From the human T2T-CHM13v2.0 reference genome, Homo sapiens, in the NCBI RefSeq assembly GCF_009914755.1, contig NC_060936.1: a stretch of DNA of 64,000 nt. One strand, 5' to 3'. Shown here one piece after another: positions 14,727-27,409 of the stretch (within the stretch, counting starts at the first letter, position 1; the number at the start of each line of letters is the position of its first letter). The translations under genes and the position numbers were made by a program. The notes beneath the pieces were generated by a model that saw only the letters and a program-made list of their open reading frames with translations, was not told where the DNA came from and did no database searches.

Positions 14727-15221
14727 TTAATGGTTAAAATAACCTCACATTCTGTTTTGACTTCCCACTATGAATAAGGTTGTTTCAGTTTTCTCATACT
14801 ACCTTTCCTCCTGTCTCCATGTATTTCTTCTTCATTTTTGTTAAATCACTGTTCAATGTAGAGATGATTATAATGATGCAAATATCATTATCAACTGAGC
14901 AGTGTAGCATATTTTGATTACTCTTTATTTTTTATACAGCTATTCATTTTTTTCTGTAGTTTTAATTACTCTCCAGCAGGAACTGAAAAACACCTCTAAT
15001 TATAATCAAACACCCCAATTAATCTATTAGTTCACTTTTTTTTTGAATTCATATTTCTTAGAGCTCTCTGTCCTCTTTCTCCAATTGGATTGATTTCTTT
15101 CTAGGCATTTTGCTTGGTTGAGTTTTGTCTTGTATTTGCTTGCTTTCATTATCATTCTCAGAGTACTCTTCCTTTTCTCCTTACTTGGATTCCCTATTTC
15201 CTGAATTCTAAATCTTTCTTG

Positions 15222-15890
15222 ATGGTGGTTTTGTATTGCGTTGAGTTAGACAAAGTGGAGCTGCATTTCCCAGAATGCTCCTCCCAATGTGGTTCAAAGT
15301 TAGCATTGGCTTCATGGGATATTTTGGTGAACGTTTGGAGGATGGAAGTGAAACAGGAGCCATTATTTCTTATTTTGAGAGAATTAGTGCAAGATACCAG
15401 GCACTGTGGAATCTTTTCATATTATTGCTAATGCTGGCTCACCTGAGTGGCATGGAACAATGCCTGGTGCCACAAATTCTCCCCCCAGGCTTCTCCTTCA
15501 ACATCTTTGAGTTCTGGGCTAGCATGAGTGGAGTTCCATAGCAAAACACACCAACTTCTCCTGCAGGTCATCTAAGGCATAGAGGTTGGAGGTGCTAAGT
15601 GCCAGGTGTGGGTTCTGGTTTCACTTTGCAAGCTCGTTTGTCTTCATAGGTTCCAGCTGTCCTCATGGCTTCCAATTTATCCTCATTGGCTCCATTGTCC
15701 TCCTTTTCCACATAAGCTTTCCTTCCTAGCCACTGGTTTGGTTAACTTATACAACTTCAGGCTCAACATTAGATGCCTCAAAGATTACTTCAACAGTTCC
15801 TAAAATGTTATGTTCTAATATTTACAATGAATCCTCTATTCTATATCACACAGAACATTTCTGACTTTTTGATCATATCCTAAATGATAT
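15222..15890 (+). mobile_element. ERVL-class LTR (LTR41-like)
   Basis: CTGCATTTCCCAGAATGCTCCTCCC..GTGGTTC near the start; end ATCCTCTATTCTAT...TGATCATATCCTAAATGATA. Confidence 0.5.
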
Positions 15891-16901
15891 ATGCATTTTG
15901 GTGGAGTACTCTTCAAGTAGTTTACAGGGAGATGATGCAGCAGGTAAATTTTTAGAGTTTTGCATGTCCAAAAATATCTATGCCCCAGTATCTTGATATT
16001 GAAGCCTGGGCATACAATATTAGTTTAGAAATAGATTTTTTCCCACAGAATTTGAAAACACTACACATTATCTTCTAGTTTTAAATTTTTCTATCAAGAA
16101 TCTCTTGCCATTCTGACTTGTGATTGGCATTCTGGTTTCTGAATGTCTGTCACATTTTTTTCATCTTTAAAAGTTTTTAGGGTATGTACTTTTTCTCTGA
16201 AATTTATCCCTGATATGGTATAATTGGTTGTGCTTCTTTTATTTTTCATTGTAATAGACATTTGGCGATCCTTTGTAATCAGGAAACTCAATTTTTCAAT
16301 TATGCAAAGTTTTTATTTTATTTTATTTTTTTTCATCTTTTCTACTGGTCTGTTCTGCACTTCTTAATGAAAAGTTACAACTCCTAAACTGATTCTGTAA
16401 TTCTTTCTACCTTCTTGTTCAGCCTACTAAGAGGTTTAAGTACTTTCTTTGTTTCTTCCCTCTTTCTCTGAATTTTATATTTATACAATTATATCTTTAA
16501 TGTCTAAGTGTTTTTCCTTATTCTTTAAATATGTTTCAGGCATTTGTTCTTTTCTTAAAAGACACAGTATCTTCTCACATTTCTGGTAAGACAACATTGA
16601 TTATGTCTTTTAGTATTTCTGTTTTTCTCAATTTTTTTCTCTTCTGCTTTTAAAAAATATCTTTGTGAGAGAGTCTTTTTCTGAAAGCACATTGTTTCTC
16701 AACTGTCCCTTCACATTTAAGAAGACATTACAATTGATTGGAATCCAAGTATATAGATAATGCATGTTGGTGCATACGTAATTATTTCATAGGAAGTTCC
16801 CTCACATCCTCAATGTCTTGAAATGTACTCAGCTTCTCAAAAGAAGCACAGCTTCTGTGGTCTGTCTCTTCAATCAGAGAAAGACAGCTAGGGGAGGATG
16901 A

Positions 16902-17281
16902 GTATCTTAGTCTGCTAGGGCTGCCATAACAAAATCGCATAGACTGGGTGGCTTAAATAACAGGTATCTATTTTCTCAGTTATGGAGGCTGGAAGTCTGA
17001 AATCTGGGTGCCAGCATGCTGGAATTCTGGCCAGGACTCTTATCTTTGTTTGTAGATGGCTTCTTATCCCATGGTATAACCACAAGACCTCTCACTGTGA
17101 CTGTGCAGAGAGAAAATGAAAGATCTCTCTAGTGTCTCTTCTTATGAGGACACCAATTCCATCATGGGGCCCCACCCTCATGAGACCTTATTGAAAATCA
17201 CCTCACAGATGCCTCATCACAATGTGGGTTAAGATTTCAACATATGGATTTGGGGAGTGGGGACACAATTCATTCATAACT
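16902..17281 (-). mobile_element. MaLR LTR (MLT1A-like)
   Basis: GGGCTGCCATAACAAAA...AGACTGGGTGGCTTAAA...GGAGGCTGGAAGTC...GGGACACAATTCA. Confidence 0.85.
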
Positions 17282-17583
17282 GTGAGTGTCCCAGTTTAAT
17301 GTGTGATCATTTAATTCCTCTGCTTTCAGTAGGGCATCTCATTTCTCTCCTCCACTCTTGTTTTGTTCAGTTTCTTCAGAGAGTAAATTACATTGTTCTC
17401 AGGTGAGGGAGGAGCAGTCATGGGTGTGCTGGATAGGAGAAGGGATGTACCAGTCTGATTGCCCCTTAAACGGATTTTTACTTTCTCCTTTTTATTTTTA
17501 GCACCTTTCCTCACTTACACTTTCAGAGCTACCATATGCCTTTAATTTGTTTTCAGCTTCTCTGTGTCACAAACTAAATTTCT

Positions 17584-17715
17584 TCTGATTGGATTCTTCT
17601 ATTTAAGCTCCATGAGGACACAGTTTTTGTGTTTTGTTCACTGCTCTCTTGCTTCTTTCTAGAACAGTGCCTGGCACATACTAGGTGCTCAGTGAATATT
17701 TGGTGAATGATAAAT
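17584..17715 (+). mobile_element. L2 3' end
   Basis: TAAGCTCCATGAGG...AGAACAGTGCCTGGCACATA..AGGTGCTCAGTGAATATTTG. Confidence 0.85.
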
Positions 17716-19245
17716 ACAAGTACTTAGTTTCAGCTTTGGTCACCCTGCTGTCAATTACTATTTCAATACTTAAAATTTTGTTGTCATCTTTCTTCTTCTG
17801 TTTTCTCCTCTCATGTTTTTTTGATTATGTAGGCAGTATCCCACTTTAAAAATTATTTGTATTTATCTATACATTTATTTTCATGGGGTTTTAAAGCACA
17901 GTGAAACAAATATGTGCTTTCGTATCACTGCGCTTACCTAAATATCAAGCATTATTTTTCAACTGTTTGAATATTTTAAAAACATTTTTCTTTTGACTCT
18001 TTAAACATTCTTTCAGCAAAATTGTAAGTCCTACACATGGGAACATGTGTCTTTTGTTTTGAGAATCTTGTAGTTTCTCCAACTTTTATTTATTATACTA
18101 TTATGTTTATTTTGATTTTTTAAATTCAGCAGCAGGAGGTATCTGTCCATTTAGTTTTTTTTTTTTAATGAAGTAAGTACACTAGACTTCAGGAACTCTT
18201 GGGCTTTCTCCTTTCCCTGAACTTTAAATAAATTATGACACATTTATTTTACAGCAGACTTAGATGCCAGGAAAGATCAGAAAAATCTATCTTCCATTTC
18301 TCAGATAAAGGACGATTATCCCAGCAGTATTTGTGTAATGACTCACTCATTATTGATCAAGAGCCTGGAAAGTCTGGGGATTTTGCATTTGGAGAATTTG
18401 GGAGTAATTTATGATAACAAGCAATAATGGGAAGATAGTGATTCTGTATGTTTGTTGCTAAATGCACCTGTCAAACCCAGATGCCAACAGGCATAAATGC
18501 GATAAAAAAGAACATTCTCAAAACATCTAGTGTTTCTGGAAGTAAAATAACCCAGTCACATACTGCTGGATAGCCAAGTGATTATTTGGCTTATTTTCTC
18601 TTGGCTTATTACTGATAAGTAGCTTCTGTTATAAATTATAAATGTGAAAATTATAAAATATTACATATGTAAGACTATGTTCTGTATCTGTTATTAGTGC
18701 TGGAGATTGAGGCTTTTTGTCTCCTCAGATTCATTTTTCAGTTGGTTAAGCATCTCACCAGTAATATAAGGCTGCTACTGACCTGTTAAAAATTAAATTT
18801 TTTAAATTGACATCTTTGGATGAGCTCCCCCTAACAAAAGAAGTTTGCTGAGTTTCTAATACTGCCTCTACAAGCAGTAATGGTTTTATTGTTCTAAAAA
18901 GAGATAAAAATCATGTTATCTCAGTTTTAAATCTAAGTATTCTGTTGAATTCAATAAAGCATTTATTAAGTAAAGAAATAACTTGGAGTAGTAAAAAGCA
19001 CTTGCTGCAGTCATACCCAAGGGTGAGAATAAAAATATTTAACGATTAGATGGTGCACACCATACAATCTGAAAGGATAATAGCTAGAACACCAGCATCC
19101 TGCTCTGTAACAAGCATTGCCTTTTAGTTTCTACATGGTGACAAAGTCCACTGGGCCCTAAGGGAAAAGCCATCAACATCTAGGGGACTCATGGCCACAG
19201 CAACTTATCATCCATGTAGAAATATTTCAAGATTTTAATAATTAC

Positions 19246-19614
19246 TGATATAGTTTGGCTGTGTCCCCACCCAAATCTCATCTTGAATTGTAACTCCCAC
19301 AATTCCCACATATCGTAGGAAGAACCTGGTGAGAAGTGATTGAATTATGGCGGCAGGTCTTTCCTGCACTGTTCTCGTGATAGTGAATGAGTCTCATGAG
19401 ATCTGATGGTTTTATAAAGAGGGATTCCTCTGCACAAGCTCTTTCTTTGCCTGCCACCATTCATGTAAGATGTGACTTGCTCCTCCTTGGCTTCCACCAT
19501 GATTGTGAGGCCCCCCCAGCCATGTGGAACTATGAGTCCATTAAATCTCTTTCTTTTGTAAATTGCCCAGTCTTGGGTTTGTCTTTAGCAGCAGCATGAA
19601 AACAGACTAATATA
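19246..19614 (+). mobile_element. THE1B-like solo LTR
   Basis: TGATATAGTTTGGCTGTGTCCCCACCCAAATCTCATCTTGAATTG...CAGCATGAAAACAGACTAATATA, full length. Confidence 0.93.
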
Positions 19615-20803
19615 ACTATTATTGATGTACTAGTGCTTTTTGGCTGAATATTGGCCTAGTCACACTGAATTTGAATTTCTCTCACAGCAATTCTTCACAG
19701 TGTGATCCAGAGGCAGGTCCCTAGCCTTTCTGAGCTTAGTTTCTTTATCTCTTTTAAAAGGATGCCTTGGCTGGGCTGTAGCTCCCATGTGTCCTTTTGC
19801 AATTCTTGTTCAGATTTTCTAGATGTATCTTGGGCAGACAGAGACTCTTTCATCCTATGTTTCCTGGGAAAGAAGACTCTGCAGTAGAAACTCTGTACTA
19901 CCGAACTGTATCACAAAGGGAGCTGGAACTCTGCCATGAGGGGGTCCTGCTTGTGGAATTAAGGAGCCACCTCTACAACTGTCAGTTCCAGAATCTTGCT
20001 GCCATTGCTAGTTCAGGAAGGCTCCTTTGCCAAATCTGACAGTTGTTGATAATGTTGTTATAAACTCCTACCTATGCTATGATCTTATGTGAAAATGGAT
20101 GCCTGACCTTTTATCCCAATTAACTCAGTCTGAATTCTTTTCAAGTCTTGCGTAAGTCCATCTGAATGTAAGAAGCTAAATCCCATTTGGAGTTCTAGAT
20201 ATAAGGGACTGAGAAACATTTTTAGCTTTTTTGCCTCTGCAGTAGAAGAAGGCAAACTGAAGGCCTTAAGTAAATTTTGAAAAATCCAGTCTACAGTGAC
20301 TGTGATACAAACTCAGGTCTCTTTGACACCAAAGGCAAAGCTCATATCTAATATATCATTTTAAATGTCACTTCTACCTTAAAGGTTCTGTGATTGACTG
20401 TAAGGTATCTAAATTCAAATTTGCATGATGATGTCCAATGTTTTCACAACTTTGGGCATAGTAGTGTGCAAAACACTACTACTGTGCTTATGCTGCTAAT
20501 TTACCAACTGATAGTACTTTGACAGATGAAAAATACAAATGCATAGGATTAAAAGGAAAGTGCCCAAAAATATATAACTAGGATTTATACCCAGGTCTCT
20601 GAATCCAAAGCATTTATTGTTCAGATTTTATGATACCAAAATACTTGAATTTATTTTTAAAACGTTTTAGCTTATATACTATTTCACCAATGGGATGAGT
20701 TAGCATTAACTTTGGTTAGTGAGTCAACTTGATTTCAAAGAATGTTGTCTGTAATAGCTTTGATATAAATTGGTAGTTTGTGTACCCTTTTAAAGATAAT
20801 GAG

Positions 20804-21407
20804 TGTCATGGTTAATTGTATGTGTTAATTTGATTGGGATAAAGGATACCCAGATAGCTGGTAAAACAGTATTTCTTGGTGTGTCTGTAGGGTGTTTCTG
20901 GAAGAGTTTAACATTTGGATTGGTAGACTGAATAAAGCAGATTGCCCTCTCCTATATGTGTGGGCCCCATCCAATCTCTTGAAGGCCTAAATAAAATTTA
21001 AAAGCTGAGTAAGGGGAAATTTATCTTCTCTCTGCTTGACTCTCTTTAAGCTGGGGCATTTGTTTTCTTCTGCCTTCAAACTTGAACTCAAACTGGTACT
21101 TATACCATCAGATCTCCTGCTTTTCAGGCCTTAGAACTCAGATTGGAACTATACTGTCAATGCTCCTGGGTCTCCAACTTGCTAACTGCATGTCTTGAGA
21201 CTTCTCATCCACCGTAATTATATAAGCCAATTCCTTATAATAAATCTCTCTCTATATATACACACACATATGTGTATATAAAATATATATGCATATAAAA
21301 TATGTTAGATACTTTATTAAAAAATATATATGATATACAAATCCTATTGGCTCTATTGTATATATCTCTCCTATAAATTCTGTTTATCTGGAGAATCCTT
21401 ATATAAT
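20804..21407 (+). mobile_element. MLT2 (ERVL) solo LTR
   Basis: GGTTAATTGTATGTGTTAA...CCCAGATAGCTGGTAAAAC...; TA-rich U5; end CTGGAGAATCC. Confidence 0.85.
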
Positions 21408-24189
21408 GAGTTATATAGGAACCTCGAATGACCATGTATGTAAAGTAAATATTTAATAACAATTGAATTCACCTCCCTGTGTATGAAAAGACAAAAATAT
21501 GTTCTAAAAAAGAGTTCTAAAAAAGTATTCTAAATTACTCTTTTCTTTTACTTACGCAGGATTATATAAACTATGTATAATTGAGCCTCTTTTACTATAG
21601 ACATGTGAATTGCCAATGATTTCCTGCTAAATGAATTCTATTCTTTGTTGACATAATACAAGCTATAATCAATGGGAGGCATATATCAGCTGAACAGCTG
21701 GGATTTTGCAATATTAATTGCATTACTAATGTATTCAATTCACAGACTTACATTACATTTATGATATAACTCTCATTTTATATTTTACATTAATGTACAA
21801 TATAATAATTTTACTGCTTTAAACTAAAGTACCAGAAAACTCTGTATGGTTAGGAAAGGCCACAGAAAATGGGACTAGGAAATACTTTTTCTGTTATTTA
21901 GAAATATTAATCTTATATATCAAGAAAAGATTTGGGGTCATTTGTACACAGTCACATCCTGAAGTTACTGACATGCTCTCAAGGAAAATAATACTGAATT
22001 TGCAAATGTCTTGAGAATCATGAGGGTGATATTAATCAGTCACAATTTGCAAACCCAGGATATACCTCAGAAGGAAAATGAACGTGAATGGTACAGGGGC
22101 TGTGGGGGTAGGTGGGGGACTGTACTGTTGAAAGGAGTGATGAGTTGTCTGAGTGAATATTTTACAGGTTTTGTGAGTATGTGGAAAATAATTATAAAAA
22201 CAAAATCCTTGAGAGAAAAAGGAAAAGTAGTTCTTAGACATTTCACTTGTTCTGTCTCCCCCTCTTTCCCTTTTATTAGTGTTTTATATTATATTTTGCT
22301 TTTCTATCATTCCAGACAAGGCACAGGTGCTTTAAAACAACTCTAATGCTGGCCCCTCCTCAAATTCTTTTACAACTAGTCCAACATACAGCATGTTCAG
22401 AGACTCTTTGCAAGAGCAAGATAAATTATAAGGCAATTTAGAAATTATTTATAATTTATCAGATTATGTAAGAAATATGAAGAGGACTTGTAGGCATGAA
22501 ATTATGGAAATGAAAAGAAAACAACTGTCCTTTTAGTTCCCACATCATGGGGAATTTGAATGATGGGATTGAGCACTCTGGCAAAGCTAGCTTAGTGCTC
22601 CATGAATTAAACCTCTGGTGCACTTCTAGACTATAAATTATAGGAATGAACCTAGAAATGAAATGATAGTTGATTCCCAGGCAATTAAAACAAAAGGAAA
22701 AGCCTAATCTTACACAAATTGAAAAAGCTTTCTTCCCCTTATCAACAGCATTCACAGCAAAAATTTATTTTTGGTTAAATCTAGTGGGGCGACAGTAGTA
22801 ACAATGAAAGGCATTTTCTTTGGTAAGCCTGATTGGCTGGTAAATTATTTTTATACCATTTTCCCGTTTGATGATTGTGAAGGCCCAGTTTTTGTCAGAT
22901 TGTGAATAATTGTTTCTTAATATGAGTTCATGAAGCCATTTTCTCACACTGCTCTTTCATAAGGAATGTCTAGTTTTATTCTGATCTCCATCAAAATGTC
23001 AAATTCCTCTAGTATATCTGCAACAGAGTTTTTTCTCAAGCCTGAGAACAGTAGAGAATTTTTTTTTATGAGTATGACTTAAAAGCTGAGATCGCAGTCA
23101 GGAAAGCAGATTAGCTAAGTGTTGTCATGCTTTGTAAGAAGTTGGAAAGTACTTCGAGGAAAAAATCATGCTGTAAATAATCTTTTTTTTTTCCTCCTCT
23201 GTGACAGGCCCATTTGAACCACTGACCCCATCAAATACATTGTCCTAACTCTTTTTTATTCTCTGTGAAATGTTAGTTTCTTTTTAATATAAAATGCGCA
23301 GAAAAAAAGAACTACCTAATACCTGTAACTATATTTTCCCTGAACCTGTGATAGACTAATTAAATATGGTTGTTCAGTCTATCTTTTTTCAATTTTTATG
23401 TAGTTAACAGACCAGATTAGAAGAGGCATGAAGTATGGTCAATGAGAACCTGCACAAAGGGGCAGGATGTTTATATTTGTCAGCATACTTACCTTACAAG
23501 ACATCTAAAATGTAGAGAATCACACAGGACTCCTGGTAATAAAGAGACATAGATGGAAACCTAAGTTTCTGGCTGTCAATTCTTTTTTTCCTTTAGATGA
23601 GAGGGTTTTGAATTACAAAAATACAAATACCTTTCAACATGTGGCCAGCTTTTCACATGATACTTCTGAAATTCACTTTGATTTTTATTAGTGCTTCTTT
23701 ATAGAATGAAGAGCCTTATAAAGAGCCCCTGAGTTTCCTATGTTTGTGCAGTTGGGTCAAATGTATTGCACTTGCTTGCAGGAGAAACAGCAGTAGGAAA
23801 GAATTAATTCAAATCATGCTGCTGTGTGAAATAAGACATATTTCTTATCATATCTCAGCGAAGGTGTTTGAAGACTTAGGCTGCACAAATGAGCCAATTC
23901 TCATAGTTTTTTGGTGTGTCTATAAGGAAAATTTAATCTTCACCATCACCTCATTCCTGGATCTGATTTTATACCTCACTTCCAACACATTCTAGATCGA
24001 ATTCAAGACATAAAACAGAATATATGTATATGTGTGACACACTGCTGGATACTATCTAAGCAGATATAAAATTATTAAACTGTTGGATGAATAATTTTGT
24101 TTACATGTAGGATTCTTCTATAAGCAGAGACACATTATTTCCAAACTGAAAAAAAAAACTGACCCTATAATTTTGAGGTTCTTCTGTTT

Positions 24190-24948
24190 CTTTTTCGTTT
24201 TTTATTATGAGAAGAACATTTAACTTGAGACACTTTTAACAAATTTAGTGCCCAGTAAAATATTGTTAAGTATAGGCATAATGCTGTATAGCAGACCTCT
24301 ATAACTTATTCATCTTACTCATTGAAATTTTATACCTGTCAAACAGCAAACCTTCATTTTATCCTTCCCACCCCCCACTCCCACTCCCTGGTAACCATTA
24401 TTCTACTGTATGTTTCTATGAATGTGACTATTTTAGATACCTCATGTAAGTGGAAGCATGCAGAATTTGTCTTTCTGTGACTGGAGTATTTCACTTAGCA
24501 TAATGAGTTATCACCTCACACCTGTTAAGATGGGTATTATTAACAAAACAAAATGAAAGATAACAACTATTGGCAAGGATGTTAAGAAATTGAAATCCCT
24601 GTGCACTGTTGGTGGGAATGTAAATTGGTACAGCCAGTGTGAAAAATAGTATGAAAGTTTCTCAAAAGACTAAAAATAAAACTAACATATGATCCAGCAA
24701 TCCCACTTCTGAGTGTATATCCAAAAGAATTGAAATTAGGATCTGGAAGAAATATCTTCACTCCTATGTTTACTGTAGCATTATTCATAATACCCCAAAT
24801 ATGGAAACAACCTGAATATCCATGAATGGATGAAGAGCTAAAGAAAATGTGGTACATGCATGCAATGGAATATCATAGGGCCTTAAAAAAGGAAATTCTG
24901 CCATATGCAACAACATGGATGAACCTGGAGAATATCACACTAAGTAAT
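24190..24948 (-). mobile_element. L1MA-like element with 5' inversion (antisense 3'UTR 24190-24505, sense segment 24502-24948)
   Basis: Antisense part ends ATTTCACTTAGCATAATG. Sense part ends GGATGAACCTGGAGAATATCACACTAAGT, which is the adjacent position in the L1 consensus. Confidence 0.8.
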
Positions 24949-26334
24949 CTCATATCTTTGAGTCGGATTTTGAAATAAATCACTTTTCTTCAGTGTATCT
25001 CATAGTGACCATTGCCTGGATCTTATTTCTTCTTGTTTTCTCTTGGTAGGGAGATCATCTTTTATAATCTTTTAAATATATACTAAGGTATGAGTTGTAG
25101 CTAATGTTTAATCCAGTTCCCTAATTAAATTACCTCTTCATGACCCAAAAACTTAGTGCTTTCGAGACTAATTTTTGGATTTTTTTTTTATGAAGTAGAA
25201 AATCCAGCAGATAGTCAATGTGTGAAGAAATCTGTTAATATTTAATACACAATTTTTGTGTTAAATGATTTAATTCTATATTATTTATGGTTCAGAATAA
25301 TAGTCTGGTCTCCTTTTTTAAGGAGTCAGTCATTCACCGGAATTTCCTCAATTGAGTTAGATGTGATGCTGTGATTGTATGATGATACAATTCATAGTAG
25401 CAAGACAGGACTGTGAGGACCTCAAACAAGATGTTGATTGGGCTTGGAGGCAGAGAGGACCATTTGCAGAAGAAAATAGTATTTGATGGGTTTGTGGACT
25501 ACAAAAAGAGGTATTGCTATGAAATCTATTTGAAATATATCACAAAGGTAAGCAGAGTATGAAATTAGGATAAAGAAAACAAAACTCCTCTTTAAGTAAA
25601 TAGGAGCTAAATAGCAATTGTAAGCCCACCTCCAAATCTAAGAGGAACAGGGTACTAGGAGATACCTCAGACAGAGATCAATGCATCAGAGAAAGGGTAG
25701 AGATACAATGAACTTGCATGAGGAAAAATCTGTAATCTTGGGAAGAAGGTAGAAATTCACTAAGGGTTAATTGGGACCCAGAATCAGGATCAGCCCAAAC
25801 TCTTTGGGGCAATAACTTGATGCTACCTGCCCACCTATTGAATAAATCTTGCTTTGCGTTGCCTTAAATAGAGACTAATATAGATCTGGACCTAAAACAA
25901 GAGTTACAAAGTACCAGCTGTGGGAGAAGAAGGAAATGAGGTGGTCAGAATTAGGACCCAACAATATAATGGAACTCATGATACTCACATTTGACTTAGA
26001 GAAAGTGCTCATGCTCAGCTAAAAGATTGTGTGGAAAATCATGTTGTAGCTATAGTTTTTGCTTTCATTGCCCTAATGAAAGAAATATGACAAAAGAGAA
26101 GCAAAGGGCTACTTTTGACATTTTTCAAAGACAATTTTGACTCTCTGTGATTTTTATTTCACGTTTTTGTTTATGTTCTTGAACATAAACTCCATGTAAT
26201 GTGTAACTTTAGTTGCTACATTAAAGGTAATTGGAAAGCCAGGAAACGAGAGTTTCTTTAGTTGCTTGGAGGATACTGCTTCAGGAAACCTACAGAGACA
26301 AAGAACTCTTAGTAGATATTCTTGGAACTAAGAT

Positions 26335-26640
26335 ATAACTATTCATCTTTTCAGCAAATACTTATTGAAACCAAATATGTGCCATGGGCACTGGAACACA
26401 AAGAAGAATAATTTAAACTGCTTGCCTTAAAGGAAGGGTGGTGGAATGGAAAGCTATATGAGTAGATAATTGTAACACAAAGTCAAACAGGCTGCAATAT
26501 AGGTGTTAACAAAATACAGAGGGAGTTTTAGGAGATAATGGCTGCTTCTGTCTGAGGTCCAGAAGGCAACAGACTAGTGGTTTCTTGGAGTTCACTGAAT
26601 GAATACAGAAGATACAGGCATTCCTGACAATAAAAACACC
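26335..26640 (-). mobile_element. L2 fragment
   Basis: TTCAGCAAATACTTATTGA....ATATGTGCCATGGGCACTGG. Confidence 0.6.
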
Positions 26641-26664
26641 TTTGATTCAAATAGGAAATTAGAG

Positions 26665-26850
26665 TTTTCAAGGCACTTTCAATATATTATCTTATATGCT
26701 ACGAAGAGTTCATTAATTCAGGGTTGGTCCGCACTTTATAGATGAGGAAACTGGCCCTGAGCAGAAAAATGATTTACCTAAGCTACCAAAGTAAATAAAT
26801 AAATATAATAATAATAATAAGTGGAAAGGCTGGATTTCATAAAATCAGAA
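26665..26850 (-). mobile_element. MIR fragment
   Basis: TTTATAGATGAGGAAACTGG...GATTTACCTAAG. Confidence 0.7.
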
Positions 26851-26949
26851 AGCTCCCTGGTATACTGTACATTGTTGGTTTTACAAACATACAAATTGAG
26901 TCCAAGAGACTCTGACTTTTAATAATTTAGCAGTGCAGCTTCAATATAG

Positions 26950-27409
26950 TAACAAAGACTCTCTTTCTAGACCAAACTTTAGACACTTTCCTCTGAGTCC
27001 TCTGTTTAACTAGGCCTTGACCTTGGGCCTTATCTTTGGTCTATCTTGTCCACTTGTAGCAAAACTCTCGCTACCTCAGTTAGCCAGAATCCTCTCACCC
27101 TCAGTATCTGATGAAATTCCTCATCCTCCACGCTTACTATCTGATCCCCCTGGCCTGCCTTCAGCAACACTCGTGCTAAGTCAATTTTACAAGAATCTCC
27201 CTACCCCGGTGTCTCCTCTTAGTAATTGTCCAGCCACTAAACCCCTCGCTCAGTTCATTGGCTATAAATCCTCAGCTGTCTTTGCTGTGTTTGAAGTTGA
27301 ACCAGATCTCTCTCCTATTGCAGTAGTCTTGATACCTATTGTAATAATCCCAAATAAAGTCTCTCTTGCAGTTTTAAAATGTGTCACAATTATATATTTT
27401 TCTTGAACA
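26950..27409 (+). mobile_element. MER31-like ERV1 solo LTR
   Basis: ACAAAGACTCTCT..TAGACCAAACTTTAG...CTCTGAGTCCTC; TATA box (GGCTATAAAT ~27260) and AATAAA ~27353. Confidence 0.8.
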
